Below, one piece after another: positions 30,106 through 40,401 of a DNA stretch of 64,000 bases (position 1 is its first letter; the number at the start of each line of letters is the position of its first letter). The notes under the pieces were generated by a model. That model worked only from the letters and a program-made list of their open reading frames with translations, was not told the origin of the DNA and did not search any database. The translations under genes and the position numbers were made by a program. Origin of the DNA: an uncultured Chloroflexia bacterium (lineage in GTDB: Bacteria; Chloroflexota; Limnocylindria; QHBO01). The stretch lies in assembly GCA_963825525.1 (NCBI GenBank), contig CAWGTN010000002.1:1632001-1696000 (forward strand). The letters run 5' to 3'.

Positions 30106-30631
30106 CCTTCGCTGGCTGCTCGTCCCGCTCATCGTCGTGCCGATTGGCCTCCTTCTGCTGTCGGGCTTCGACCGTGACCCGCGCGCCGTGGCGTCGCCGC
30201 TCATCGGCCGACCCGCTCCTGAATGGTCGCTCGTCACGCTGGACGGTGAGACCGTGGACAGTGCCGACCTGGCCGGCAGGCCGTACGTGGTGAACTTCTG
30301 GGCGAGCTGGTGCATCCCCGCCTGCGTTGACGAGCATCCGGTCCTCGCCGAGGCGCGGAATCGATACGGTGACCGCGTCGCGTTCGTCGGCGTGCTCTAC
30401 AACGACGACGTGGCGTCCGCCCGGACGTTCCTGGCGCGGTACGGCGAGACGGGTTACCCGCATGTCGCCGATCCCGACGGACGGCTGGCGATTGACTTCG
30501 GCGTGACCGGCCCGCCGGAGAGCTACTTCGTCGACGGCGGGGGGATCGTTCGTGCGAAGCAGTTCGGCCCGCTGACCGACGCCCTGATCGAAGAGCGGAT
30601 GGCGGCCATCCTGCCGGCGGCGCGGCGATGA
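30098..30631 (+). CDS. ccmG: CcmG/TlpA-like thiol-disulfide oxidoreductase with atypical CxxxC
   Basis: NFWASWCIPAC, GVTGPPESY. Confidence 0.85.
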   Translation: MRNLRWLLVPLIVVPIGLLLLSGFDRDPRAVASPLIGRPAPEWSLVTLDGETVDSADLAGRPYVVNFWASWCIPACVDEHPVLAEARNRYGDRVAFVGVLYNDDVASARTFLARYGETGYPHVADPDGRLAIDFGVTGPPESYFVDGGGIVRAKQFGPLTDALIEERMAAILPAARR

Positions 30632-31089
30632 CGCGCTGGGTCATGCCAGTTGCGCTCGGTGGGCTGGTCGCGCTGATCGCGCTGGTGGCCACGCTCGCGC
30701 TGCGCCCGACCGCGGATCTCACGCCGGGCGAGCGCGGCGACGCGCTTGCGCGGGAGCTCCGCTGCCCGGACTGCCAGGGGCTCTCGGTTGCCGATTCGCC
30801 AACGGGGGCCGCGCGCGAGATCCACCGGCAGGTGGACGAGCTCGTTGCCGGAGGCGCAACCGACGAGGAGGTCCGCGCGCACTTCGTCGATCGCTATGGC
30901 GAGTGGATCCTCCTGGCACCGACATCGCTCGTCACCTGGCTCGTGCCGCTCGGGGTCCTGGCCGGAGGGGTGGCGTTGTATGCGACCTGGCTGGCCGGTC
31001 GGCGGCGCGCGTCGCCGGCGCCGAGTGTCGTGCTGACCCCCGCCGAGCGGGGCCGGCTGCATGACGAGGTCGATGCGCTCGATGCCTGA
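30628..31089 (+). CDS. ccmH: Cytochrome c biogenesis protein CcmH
   Basis: LRCPDCQG, RYGEWILLAP. Confidence 0.9.
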   Translation: MTRWVMPVALGGLVALIALVATLALRPTADLTPGERGDALARELRCPDCQGLSVADSPTGAAREIHRQVDELVAGGATDEEVRAHFVDRYGEWILLAPTSLVTWLVPLGVLAGGVALYATWLAGRRRASPAPSVVLTPAERGRLHDEVDALDA

Positions 31090-31945
31090 CGTACTCCTGC
31101 TGCTGGTGGGCCTGGCGGTCGCCGGTGCGTTCGTCGTGCTCCCGCTCATCGGGCGCGATTCGGGGTCTGCGCCGGTGGACGACGATCGGGCGGCGGACGA
31201 GCTCCGTCATCGGGTGGCGCTCGAGGCGCTGCGCGACGTGGAGGCCGATCGCCGGGCTGGGTCACTCGACGATGCCGCGTATGCGAGCCAGCTCGCGGAG
31301 GCCGAGGCGCATGCGCACACCACCCGGTCGGCGCTCGAGCGATCGCCCGTGACGCCGATCGACCGCTCGGCGGGTCGGGGTGTCGTGGTGGCGGGATTCG
31401 TGGCCGCGACGCTGGCCGCCATCCTGGTCGTTGGCTCACTGTTCCCGGGCTCCGGCATTGCAAACCAGACCAGGGTCGACGAGAACCTCGCCGCGGCCCG
31501 CGATGCCGAGGCCGCGCGCCAGGACCGGATCGATGAGCTCCTCCAGGCGCTGGCGGCGGACGCGACCAACCCCCAGACGCTCTCCGACCTGGCCGATGCC
31601 TACCTGGCCGGGAGCACGCGCGAGGACCTGGTCAGGGCGGCCGTCAGCCTGCAGATCCTCATCGAGCTTGAGCCCGAGAGAGTCGACGCATACGAACGCA
31701 TCATGACCGCGTACCTCCGGGCCGGCGACGCCCCCAATGCCCGGGCGGCGCACGACTCGTATGCGGCGCTCGAGAATGCCGATCCGGCAGAGGTCGCGTT
31801 CTTCGACGGACTCATCGCACTGCGTGGCGAAGGCGATCCGCGCCGCGCGGTTGCCGCCTTCGACCAGTTCCTGGAGATCGCGCCCGATGATCCTCGGGCC
31901 GCCATGATCCGGGGATTGCGCGACGAGGCCGCGGCCGGGGGCTGA
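31082..31945 (+). CDS. ccmI: CcmI/CycH-like TPR protein
   Basis: N-terminal TM, LRDVEADRRAGSLD, second TM, TPR-like C-terminus; last ccm gene. Confidence 0.78.
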   Translation: MPDVLLLLVGLAVAGAFVVLPLIGRDSGSAPVDDDRAADELRHRVALEALRDVEADRRAGSLDDAAYASQLAEAEAHAHTTRSALERSPVTPIDRSAGRGVVVAGFVAATLAAILVVGSLFPGSGIANQTRVDENLAAARDAEAARQDRIDELLQALAADATNPQTLSDLADAYLAGSTREDLVRAAVSLQILIELEPERVDAYERIMTAYLRAGDAPNARAAHDSYAALENADPAEVAFFDGLIALRGEGDPRRAVAAFDQFLEIAPDDPRAAMIRGLRDEAAAGG

Positions 31946-31948
31946 CCC

Positions 31949-32395
31949 TCAGTCAGCGAGTACGCCTTCGAAGATCCGCTCCATGTGGGCGAGATCGTCC
32001 GCCGGAATGCGGTCCAGGAAATGAGCCTCCACGCCACGCAGGTGCGTCGGCGCCGCGTCGCGCAGCCGATCGAGTCCGCTCTCCGTGAGCGACGCCCACT
32101 GACCCCGTCGATCGCTGTCGCAGGTGACACGTTCGACGAGGCCCTCCGCCACGAGTCGGTCCACCAGCCTTGTCGCCCCGGACCGGGACAGCAGGAGTCG
32201 ATCGGCCAGCTCGCTCATCCGGAGGCGTCGATCCTCGGCGGCGGACAGCTGAACCAGAACGTCATAGTCGGTGAGCGCGAGCCCCTGGTCGGCCTGCAGC
32301 TCGTGCTCCAGGCGCCCAACCACGCGGGCATGCGCGCGCAGGAAGGCACGCCATGCGCGGAGCCGCGGGTCGTGCCGCGAGATGGTGTCGGTCAT
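31949..32395 (-). CDS. MarR family regulator
   Basis: LRMSELA...SRSGATRLVDRL...DRRG; TATCCT -10 box 6 nt upstream. Confidence 0.9.
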   Translation of the reverse strand: MTDTISRHDPRLRAWRAFLRAHARVVGRLEHELQADQGLALTDYDVLVQLSAAEDRRLRMSELADRLLLSRSGATRLVDRLVAEGLVERVTCDSDRRGQWASLTESGLDRLRDAAPTHLRGVEAHFLDRIPADDLAHMERIFEGVLAD

Positions 32396-32411
32396 GCGAG
32401 AAGGATACATC

Positions 32412-32453
32412 GTTGCGCTGGCAACTACCAGCCTGTATAGTTGCGTATGCAAT
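32412..32453. promoter_or_regulatory. Two putative MarR operators GTTGC-N4-GCAA(C/T)
   Basis: GTTGCGCTGGCAAC (32412-32425) and GTTGCGTATGCAAT (32440-32453) between divergent marR and yceI. Confidence 0.6.
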
Positions 32454-32483
32454 CACCCATACGCAACACCGGAGCACGTACCG

Positions 32484-33032
32484 ATGACCTGGACTCTCGA
32501 TCCCGCCCACTCGGCGGTGACCTTCAACGTCAAGCACATGATGATCACCACCGTTCGAGGCAGCATGAAGATTCGCGACTTTGACCTGGAGTTCGACCCT
32601 GACGAGGCCCAAGCGTCCTCCGTTCGCGTCAGCCTCGACGTGGCGTCGATCGACACGGGCCAGGATGGGCGCGATGAGCACCTGCGCGGCGCGGACTTCT
32701 TCGATGCCGCCACCCACCCGACCATTGATTTCGTCAGCACCAGGATCGAGGGGAAGGGAACCAGCGGCAGGATCCACGGTGACCTCACCATCCGCGGCAC
32801 GACGCGCCCTGTCGTCCTGGACGTCGAGTTCGCCGGCATCGTGGCGGACATGAAGGGTGGGCAGCGGACGGCGTTTGCCGCCACGACGCGGATCAACCGT
32901 GAGGACTTCGGCCTGACATGGAACGTCGCGCTCGAGCAGGGCGGCTGGCTCGTCGGGCGCGAGATCGGCATCGACATCGAGATTGCCGCGGTGTCCAGCG
33001 ACCTCGTGGCGCGGGAGGCCGCGGTCGCCTGA
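32484..33032 (+). CDS. YceI family polyisoprenoid-binding protein
   Basis: WTLDPAHS, RDEHLRGADFFD, GDLTIRG, REDFGLTWN. Confidence 0.92.
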   Translation: MTWTLDPAHSAVTFNVKHMMITTVRGSMKIRDFDLEFDPDEAQASSVRVSLDVASIDTGQDGRDEHLRGADFFDAATHPTIDFVSTRIEGKGTSGRIHGDLTIRGTTRPVVLDVEFAGIVADMKGGQRTAFAATTRINREDFGLTWNVALEQGGWLVGREIGIDIEIAAVSSDLVAREAAVA

Positions 33033-33054
33033 TCGGCCCGGCTAGCATGCCCCG

Positions 33055-35109
33055 ATGCCGCGACTCGAGTACCCGGACGCGCCGACCGCGGACCAGGTGG
33101 ACGTTCTTCATGGCGTGGAGGTCACCGACCCCCATCGGCCACTCGAGGACGTCGACGCGCCGTCCACGCGCCAGTGGATCACCGCGCAGAACGCACTGAC
33201 CAACCGAGTCCTGGCTGAGGTTCCGGCGCGCGCGGCAATTCACCGCCGAGTGGGGGAGCTCTGGGATCACCCCCGGGCCGGCGCGCCGTGGCGCCGTGGC
33301 GATCGATGGTTCCAGTTCAGGAACAGCGGCCTCCAGGACCAGGATGTTCTGTGGGTGTCGAGCGCGCCCGATGACGAGGGATCGGTCCTGCTGGATCCGA
33401 ATCCGCTGGCCGCCGACGGCACGACCGCCGTCTCGGCCGTGACCGTTTCCGAGAGCGGGGAGCTCATCACGTACGCCACGAGCGACGCGGGATCCGACTG
33501 GCGGACGTGGGCAGTGCGGCGCACCTCGAGCACCGAGGACCTTCCCGACCGTCTGCCGTGGAGCAAATTCTCGTCAGCCGCCTGGACGGCCGATGACGCC
33601 GGGTTCTTCTACGGACGCTATCCCGCGCCTCCGTCCGATGCGACCTACGAGGCGCCGACACTCAACATGGAGCTCTGCTACCACCGGCTGGGCGACACGC
33701 CCGAGGATGACCTGGTCGTCTTCGCACGTCCGGACTCGCCGGAGTGGAGCTACGAGCCCGAGGTGGTCGATGGCGGCCGTTGGCTTGTTGCCAGCGTCTG
33801 GCGTGGCTCCCAACCCACCAACCTCATCTACACCGCCGACCTGGCCGATGGCGTCGCCTCGGCCGTTCTTCACCCGGTGCTTGACCAGGATGACGCTCGA
33901 TACGAGCTCATCGGCGCGGTCGACGGGACTCTCTACCTGCTCACCGATCGCGACGCGCCTCGTGGACGGATCGTGGCGACCGAGGCGGCCGGCGACGGCG
34001 ACCTCCGCGAGATCGTTGCCGAGGGCACCGACACCATCGAGCAGGCGCGTCTCGTCGGTGGGCGCCTCGCCCTCGTCCTGCTGCACGACGCCCACCATCG
34101 TCTCCGCCTCGTCGACCTCGACGGTTCGCGCGACACCGATGTCGGGCTCCCGGGCATCGGAACCATCGTGACCATGACGGGTCGGCGCCAGGACCCGGAC
34201 CTCCATCTCACGTTCATGACGTTTGCGATGCCGGCCGCCGTCCTCGCGGTGTCCATGGCCGACGGCTCGATCCGGTCGCCGGGCTCGGCGCAGCTGCCGT
34301 GGGACCCCGCGGACTTCGTCACCGAGCAGGTGTTCGTCGATTCGGCCGACGGAACCCGCATCCCCCTCTTCCTGACCCATCGTCGTGATGTCGGTCCCAC
34401 CGGAGATGTTCCCACCCTGCTCTACGGATACGGCGGGTTCCAGGTGTCGGTGGGCCCGACGTTCAAGGTCGAGTGGCTGGCCTGGGTGGAACGTGGTGGT
34501 CTCCTCGCCGTGGCCTCCCTTCGTGGCGGCGGCGAGTACGGACGCGAATGGCATGATGCCGGGCGCCTGGCGAACAAGCAGAACGTCTTCGACGATTTTG
34601 CCGCCTCCGCTCGCTGGCTCGCCGCGTCCGGCTGGACTCGAGCGGAGCGCATCGGCATCAGCGGACGCTCGAACGGCGGACTCCTGGTGGGCGCCAGCAT
34701 CACGCAGCACCCAGAGCTGTTCGGTGCCGCCGTGGCCGAGGTGGGCGTGATGGACATGCTGCGCTTCCATCACTTCACCATCGGCTGGGCGTGGACCAGC
34801 GATTACGGCTCGGCGGAGGACCCCGAGCAGTTCTCCGCGCTCCTCGCCTACTCTCCGCTCCACAACATCCGCGATGGCATGACCTATCCGTCGACCCTTG
34901 TCACCACCGGCGACCACGACGACCGCGTCGTCCCTGGCCATTCGTTCAAGTTCGGGGCGGCACTCCAGCGCGCGCAGGCGGGGGATGGGCCGATCCTGGT
35001 CCGGATCGACACCGACGCCGGGCACGGCGTCGGCAAGCCGGTCAGCAAGCTCGTCGACGAACGCACCGACGTCCTCGCCTTTCTCGAGCACGCGCTCGGC
35101 GTCAACTGA
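33055..35109 (+). CDS. Prolyl oligopeptidase (S9A)
   Basis: YGYGGF, RGGGEYG, GRSNGG, DDRV, AGHG. Confidence 0.95.
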   Translation: MPRLEYPDAPTADQVDVLHGVEVTDPHRPLEDVDAPSTRQWITAQNALTNRVLAEVPARAAIHRRVGELWDHPRAGAPWRRGDRWFQFRNSGLQDQDVLWVSSAPDDEGSVLLDPNPLAADGTTAVSAVTVSESGELITYATSDAGSDWRTWAVRRTSSTEDLPDRLPWSKFSSAAWTADDAGFFYGRYPAPPSDATYEAPTLNMELCYHRLGDTPEDDLVVFARPDSPEWSYEPEVVDGGRWLVASVWRGSQPTNLIYTADLADGVASAVLHPVLDQDDARYELIGAVDGTLYLLTDRDAPRGRIVATEAAGDGDLREIVAEGTDTIEQARLVGGRLALVLLHDAHHRLRLVDLDGSRDTDVGLPGIGTIVTMTGRRQDPDLHLTFMTFAMPAAVLAVSMADGSIRSPGSAQLPWDPADFVTEQVFVDSADGTRIPLFLTHRRDVGPTGDVPTLLYGYGGFQVSVGPTFKVEWLAWVERGGLLAVASLRGGGEYGREWHDAGRLANKQNVFDDFAASARWLAASGWTRAERIGISGRSNGGLLVGASITQHPELFGAAVAEVGVMDMLRFHHFTIGWAWTSDYGSAEDPEQFSALLAYSPLHNIRDGMTYPSTLVTTGDHDDRVVPGHSFKFGAALQRAQAGDGPILVRIDTDAGHGVGKPVSKLVDERTDVLAFLEHALGVN

Positions 35110-35116
35110 CGGCGCG

Positions 35117-36175
35117 TCACGGGTCCTCGCGCGGAACGTTGATCCAAAAGGTGGATCCGACACCCTCTTCGGTCGTCATCCCTACGCTGCCGCCGTGCGC
35201 ATCGGCGATGTGACGAACGATCGCCAGCCCGAGGCCGGCGCTGGCGCCGGTTCCGTCTCGTTCGTCCCGGACGCGCGACCTGTCGACCTTGTAGAAGCGC
35301 TCGAAGATTCTGGCGCGGTGCACGGCCGGGATACCCACCCCGTCGTCGGCGACGGTGAACCGCACGTCCCGGTCATGTTCCACCCATCCGATGCGCACCT
35401 CCCCGCCGGGATGGCTGAACTTCACGCCATTGTGGGCGAGGTTCAGCAGTGCCTGGCCGAGGCGCGACCGGTCAGCAATGGCGCGAACGCCCTCATGCGC
35501 GTTGCCGGTCTTGCCCGTGACGCGGATGTCACGCCGCTCGGCAACGGGCCGAATCCGCTCGACGCAGGTGGCGACCACCTCGTCCGGGTCCAGGGCCTCG
35601 GTCGTGAGATGGAGATCGCCGGACTCGATGGTGGAGAGGTCGAGCAGCTCATCGACCATCTGGGCCAGGTGGTCCGCCTCGCGTTCGATCTGGGTCGCGA
35701 ATTCGCGCAGCGTATCGGGATCATCCACCGAACCTGCGGCGATCGTCTCGGCCAGCAGCTTCACCGACGTCAACGGTGTCCGCAGCTCGTGGCTGATGTT
35801 CGCCACGAAGTCGCGACGCACCCTTTCGATGCGGCGCAGCGTCGTGACGTCGTGCAGCGCAAGCACAAGTCCGCCGGAGGCCAGCGGAATGGCATCGACC
35901 GTGAAAGCTCTGGCATCGAGGTGTCCAAGCTCGACGTCCTCCTCGAGCGGCGCACCACCGCTCAACGCGCGCCGGGCGAGCGCGTCGAGCGACGCCGATC
36001 CGAAGGCTGCAATCAGGCTCATGCCGAGCAGGGTGGTGGGCGGCCGATCGGCCAGGGTTCCCGCTTCGGCGCCGGCCCGGACGATTCGCAGGCTCTCGTC
36101 GAGCAGGACCAGCACATCACGTCCCCGGTGCGCAACGAGTGCGTCGAACGCGGAGGCGCCGTCCGGCTGGCTCAC
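35117..36175 (-). CDS. phoR: PhoR-like sensor histidine kinase (no TM segment)
   Basis: RRDFVANISHELRTPL, FYKVDRSR, GLGL; located in the pst-phoU operon. Confidence 0.8.
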   Translation of the reverse strand: MSQPDGASAFDALVAHRGRDVLVLLDESLRIVRAGAEAGTLADRPPTTLLGMSLIAAFGSASLDALARRALSGGAPLEEDVELGHLDARAFTVDAIPLASGGLVLALHDVTTLRRIERVRRDFVANISHELRTPLTSVKLLAETIAAGSVDDPDTLREFATQIEREADHLAQMVDELLDLSTIESGDLHLTTEALDPDEVVATCVERIRPVAERRDIRVTGKTGNAHEGVRAIADRSRLGQALLNLAHNGVKFSHPGGEVRIGWVEHDRDVRFTVADDGVGIPAVHRARIFERFYKVDRSRVRDERDGTGASAGLGLAIVRHIADAHGGSVGMTTEEGVGSTFWINVPREDP

Positions 36176-36870
36176 GACGAGCGTGGCTCGAATGCATAGC
36201 CGACGCCGCGCACCGTGCGGAAGTGGTTGTGCCCGTCGCTTCCGCGGAGCTTCCCGCGCAGCCAGCTCACGTGCACGTCGACGGTGCGCCCGTCACCCAC
36301 GTAGTCGTAGCCCCAGACCCGGGTGAGCAGCTGGTCGCGCGTGAAGATGCGTCCAGGGGAGGAAGCCATGTGGGCCAGCAGGTCGAACTCCTTCGTCGTG
36401 AGATGCACGGATTCGGATCCCACGAGCACCTCCCGTCGCGCCACGTCGATCACGACCTCGCCGAAGGTGAGCCGCTCTCGTTGCTCCGGGGCTTCCGCCT
36501 CACGCCGATGCCGCCGCAGGACGGCCTCGATGCGTGCCAGCAGCTCGGGACGGCTGAACGGCTTTGCGACGTAGTCGTCGGCGCCGATCTTCAGTCCGAC
36601 CACGCGGTCGATCTCGTCGCCCTTGGCCGAGAGGATGATGACGGGCGTCGTGACCCCGTCGCGGCGGAGCACCCGAAGCACCTCGATGCCGCTCATGCCC
36701 GGGAGCATGACGTCGAGCAGGATGAGATCAAGGAGCTCGCTGCGTGCCGCCTCGAGGGCGGCCTCACCGTCGGCCGCCGTCGCGACCTCATAGCCCTCGC
36801 GCGTCAGGTTGAATGCCAGCGCCTGGCGCAGGGTGGGATCGTCCTCGACGAGAAGGAGTCGTCGGCGCAT
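36172..36870 (-). CDS. phoB: OmpR-family phosphate response regulator (PhoB/PhoP/RegX3-like)
   Basis: LLDVMLP, GADDYVAKPF, RTVDVH, TVRGVGY; genomic context. Confidence 0.8.
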   Translation of the reverse strand: MRRRLLLVEDDPTLRQALAFNLTREGYEVATAADGEAALEAARSELLDLILLDVMLPGMSGIEVLRVLRRDGVTTPVIILSAKGDEIDRVVGLKIGADDYVAKPFSRPELLARIEAVLRRHRREAEAPEQRERLTFGEVVIDVARREVLVGSESVHLTTKEFDLLAHMASSPGRIFTRDQLLTRVWGYDYVGDGRTVDVHVSWLRGKLRGSDGHNHFRTVRGVGYAFEPRSS

Positions 36871-36878
36871 CGACCCGG

Positions 36879-37574
36879 CTACGGGTTGAGGTCCTCTACC
36901 TGGCCGGTGGCCAGATAGACGACATCCTCTCCGATGTTCGTGACTCGATCGCCGAGACGCTCCAGGTGGTGTGCGGCGAACAGCATGTGCGTCGCCTGGC
37001 GGGCGCGGTCCGGATTCGCGGTCATCATCGCCATCGCGTCCTCGTAGACGCTGTTGTAGAGGTGATCGATCTCGTCGTCACGACGGCAGACGGCTCGAGC
37101 TCCGTCCTCGCTCATGTCGACCAGCGCGCGCATCGCCGCGTGGAGCTGCTCCCGGCAGATCCGCTCCATGTGCGGAATCTGCTGGAGGATCGGGATCTCC
37201 GGCTCCGACGCCAGCTGCTGGCTCAGCTTCGCGATGTTGACCGCGTAGTCGCCCATCCGCTCGAGCTCGGCCGATGCGTGATACAGCGCGAGCAACTCGC
37301 GGATATCGCGCGCGACCGGTGCCTGGGTGGCAATCAGGGTCGTGATCTCGGTGTTGATGTCTCGCTGGAGCTCGTTGACCTCCGCGTCGTCCCATCGCAC
37401 CCGGTCGGCCAATTCGGGATCGCGCTCGACGAGAGCACGCCCCGCGCGCTCGAGCGCCTCTTCAACTCGGGCGCCAAGGCGCAGCACGTCATCCTTCACC
37501 CGGTCGAGCGCGCGATCGAACGTCGCCCGCGGGCCGATATGGCGCTGCCCAACGTCGTCGGTTGCGCGATCCAT
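36879..37574 (-). CDS. phoU: Phosphate signalling protein PhoU
   Basis: QAPVARD, LERMGD, DDEID, LERLGD. Confidence 0.93.
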   Translation of the reverse strand: MDRATDDVGQRHIGPRATFDRALDRVKDDVLRLGARVEEALERAGRALVERDPELADRVRWDDAEVNELQRDINTEITTLIATQAPVARDIRELLALYHASAELERMGDYAVNIAKLSQQLASEPEIPILQQIPHMERICREQLHAAMRALVDMSEDGARAVCRRDDEIDHLYNSVYEDAMAMMTANPDRARQATHMLFAAHHLERLGDRVTNIGEDVVYLATGQVEDLNP

Positions 37575-37592
37575 GAAAGCCTCCTTTGCCCC

Positions 37593-38525
37593 TCAGCCGA
37601 ACCGGCCGGTGATGTAATCCTCGGTGATGCGATTCGCGGGCCGGGTGAAGAGCTCTTCCGTGGCCGCCATCTCCACGAGGTACCCGGCACGGTCCTCGCC
37701 CATGGTGAGGAAGGCCGTGAAGTCGCTGGCCCGTGCGGCCTGTTGCATGTTGTGGGTGACGATGACGATCGTGTAGTTCTCTCGGAGCTCGCGCATCAGC
37801 TCCTCGATCTTCAGGGTCGCGATCGGGTCGAGTGCGGAGCAGGGCTCGTCCATGAGGATGACGTCCGGCTCCACCGCGATGGCGCGCGCGATGCAGAGCC
37901 GCTGCTGCTGGCCGCCGGAGAGCGCCGTGCCCGGCGATCGGAGCTTGTCCTTGACCTCGTCCCAGATCGCCGCTCGCCGCAGGGACCGTTCGACGAGCTC
38001 GTCCATGTTCCCGCGATAGCCGGCGATTCGCGGCCCGAACGCGACGTTGTCGTAGATGCTCTTCGGGAACGGGTTTGGCTTCTGGAAGACCATCCCGATC
38101 CGTCGCCTGACCTCCACCGGGTCCACGCCATCGGCGTAGAGGTCGACACCGTGATAGCGCACCGACCCGGTGATATGGGCGGTGTCGACGAGGTCGTTCA
38201 TGCGGTTGAAGCTGCGAAGCAGCGTGCTCTTGCCGCACCCCGACGGGCCGATCAACGCGGTGATCTTGTTCTTCGGCACCTGCAGCGAGATCTCGCGGAC
38301 GGCGCGGAAATCGCCGTAGTAGCAGGACAGGCGATCAAGCTCGAAGACGACCTGGTCGGGTTCGAAGGTCATCGGCAGTCCGTCGACAGCGGTCGGCGCG
38401 GTCGGCTGGGCTTCGTCCGTCGTGTCCACGACGCCTATTGTTGATGGTCGGGCGTCGTCTCGCTCCGCGCCGTCGGCATCGGGCCGTCGGATCCTGATGG
38501 TCATCGGGTCACCACTTTCGGTCAT
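37593..38525 (-). CDS. pstB: Phosphate ABC transporter ATPase (alternative start 38504)
   Basis: [36 protein letters not shown]. Confidence 0.95.
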   Translation of the reverse strand: MTESGDPMTIRIRRPDADGAERDDARPSTIGVVDTTDEAQPTAPTAVDGLPMTFEPDQVVFELDRLSCYYGDFRAVREISLQVPKNKITALIGPSGCGKSTLLRSFNRMNDLVDTAHITGSVRYHGVDLYADGVDPVEVRRRIGMVFQKPNPFPKSIYDNVAFGPRIAGYRGNMDELVERSLRRAAIWDEVKDKLRSPGTALSGGQQQRLCIARAIAVEPDVILMDEPCSALDPIATLKIEELMRELRENYTIVIVTHNMQQAARASDFTAFLTMGEDRAGYLVEMAATEELFTRPANRITEDYITGRFG

Positions 38526-39432
38526 ATCGGTTTCGGAGGACGATGGCGGTGGCGTTGACGAGGAGGATCACGCCGAGAAGGACGACGATGGCGGCAGCCC
38601 CGAGGGCCCGGAACTCGGCCTGCGGATAGCCCGCCCAGTGGTAGACGAGGGTCGGGAGGGTGGTGTAGCCCTCGCCGAGCTGCTCCCACGGGGCGCCGAC
38701 GAAGCTGAACGTCCCGGCGATCGCCCCGACCATGAGCAGCGGTGCGGTCTCGCCGAAGGCCCGGCCCAGCGACAGGATCGTGCCGGTGAAGATGCCGGGC
38801 GCCGCATAGGGAAGGACGTGGCTGCGGATCGTCTCCCATCGCGTGGCGCCGACCCCGAAGGCGGCCTCGCGAATCGAGGTCGGGACCGCGGTCAGCGCCT
38901 CGGACGTCGTGATGACCACGATCGGAAGTACGAGCACCGCGAGCGTCAGACCACCGGCCAGGAGGACGCTGCCGAGCCCGAGCGCGGTGCTGAAGACGGC
39001 GAGCCCCAGCAGGCCATAGACGATGGCCGGGACCCCGGCCAGGTTGCGGATGTTGGTGCGGATGAACCGACTGAGGCGCGAGTCCCTCGCGTACTCCTCC
39101 AGGTAGATGGCAGCGCCGACACCGATCGGGATCGCGAGCGCAGCGACGATGAGCGTGATCGTCACCGAGCCGATGATGGCCTGGATGATCCCGGCTCGCT
39201 CCGCCCGCGCCGACACGGTCGACGTGATGAAGTCGATGGGACGGTCGGCAAGGACCGGGAACGCTTTCATCAGCACATCACCGATAAGCACGAACAGGAT
39301 CCCGATCGCCACGAGCAGGGAGAGGAGGAGCGCGCCCTCCAGGACCCAGCTGCGCCAATCGCTGCCGCCAGCACCCTGAAGGCGACGGGCCACGAGGTCC
39401 CGGGCGCCGAGCGCCTCGGTTCGGGCCCCCAT
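38509..39432 (-). CDS. pstA: Phosphate ABC transporter permease PstA
   Basis: [30 protein letters not shown]. Confidence 0.93.
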   Translation of the reverse strand: MGARTEALGARDLVARRLQGAGGSDWRSWVLEGALLLSLLVAIGILFVLIGDVLMKAFPVLADRPIDFITSTVSARAERAGIIQAIIGSVTITLIVAALAIPIGVGAAIYLEEYARDSRLSRFIRTNIRNLAGVPAIVYGLLGLAVFSTALGLGSVLLAGGLTLAVLVLPIVVITTSEALTAVPTSIREAAFGVGATRWETIRSHVLPYAAPGIFTGTILSLGRAFGETAPLLMVGAIAGTFSFVGAPWEQLGEGYTTLPTLVYHWAGYPQAEFRALGAAAIVVLLGVILLVNATAIVLRNRYDRKW

Positions 39433-40373
39433 CAGTACTTCCTCCGCACCCGACGCACGAATGCGTCCGAGATGAGGTTGAGTCCGAACGTCATCAGGAA
39501 GAGGAGGAAGCCCAGGAAGTAGAGGCTCTCGAACGTGAGTGCGGCGCCGCGAACCTGGTCCGACCCGATGGCCAGCGCGGTCATGGCCGCCGTCATCGTC
39601 TGTCCCTGGTCCAGCGGGTTGAGGTTGAACAGCGATCCGCCCGTGGCACCGGCCACCATCGAGACGATCATCGTCTCGCCGATGGCGCGCGACACTCCGA
39701 GGATGAGCGCGGCAACGATGCCCGAGACAGCCGCCGGCACCACGACCTGGATGCTCGTGGTGCGACGTCGCGCACCCAGGCCGTAGCTCGCCTCGCGCAG
39801 GTACTCCGGGACGGCATGCATGGCGTCTTCGGCCACGGACGCGACGAGCGGTGTGATGAGGATCCCGACGGCGATCCCGGCGGCCAGCATGTTGAACAGG
39901 GGTGCATCGAAGATCGCCTGGACGATGTTCGGGCTGATCCAGGCCAGGGCGAAGAAGCCAAGCACGACCGACGGGATCGACGCCAGGAGCTCGATCATCG
40001 GCTTCAGGATCTTTCGTGAGCGCCGGCCCGCGTACTCGGACAGGTAGATCCCGGCGCCGATACCGAGCGGGGTCGCGACCGCCATCGCGATCCCGGAGAT
40101 CACCAGCGTGCCGACGATCGGCGTGGCGAGGTCGTAGAGCCCTCGACGCGGGAACCACCCGTCGGTCACCAGCTGCCCCGGGTCGACCTGCACGACGAAG
40201 TTCAGGGCGTTGCCGGCCAGCGTGATGATGATCGCCGCGCTGATGACGATCGACGAGGCTGCGGCGGCCAGGAACAGGGCGCCGATCGCGCGCTCCCGGC
40301 GCCTGCGGCCGGCGCCGATCTGGAGGTCGGAGGGCGTCAGGGGATCTGGACGTGAGGCGGTGGATGCCGTCAT
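39432..40373 (-). CDS. pstC: Phosphate ABC transporter permease PstC
   Basis: IYLSEY, ELLASIPSVVLG, SRAIGETMIV. Confidence 0.93.
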   Translation of the reverse strand: MTASTASRPDPLTPSDLQIGAGRRRRERAIGALFLAAAASSIVISAAIIITLAGNALNFVVQVDPGQLVTDGWFPRRGLYDLATPIVGTLVISGIAMAVATPLGIGAGIYLSEYAGRRSRKILKPMIELLASIPSVVLGFFALAWISPNIVQAIFDAPLFNMLAAGIAVGILITPLVASVAEDAMHAVPEYLREASYGLGARRRTTSIQVVVPAAVSGIVAALILGVSRAIGETMIVSMVAGATGGSLFNLNPLDQGQTMTAAMTALAIGSDQVRGAALTFESLYFLGFLLFLMTFGLNLISDAFVRRVRRKY

Positions 40374-40401
40374 CGGTCGCTCATGGTACGTGGCCGGGAG
40401 A

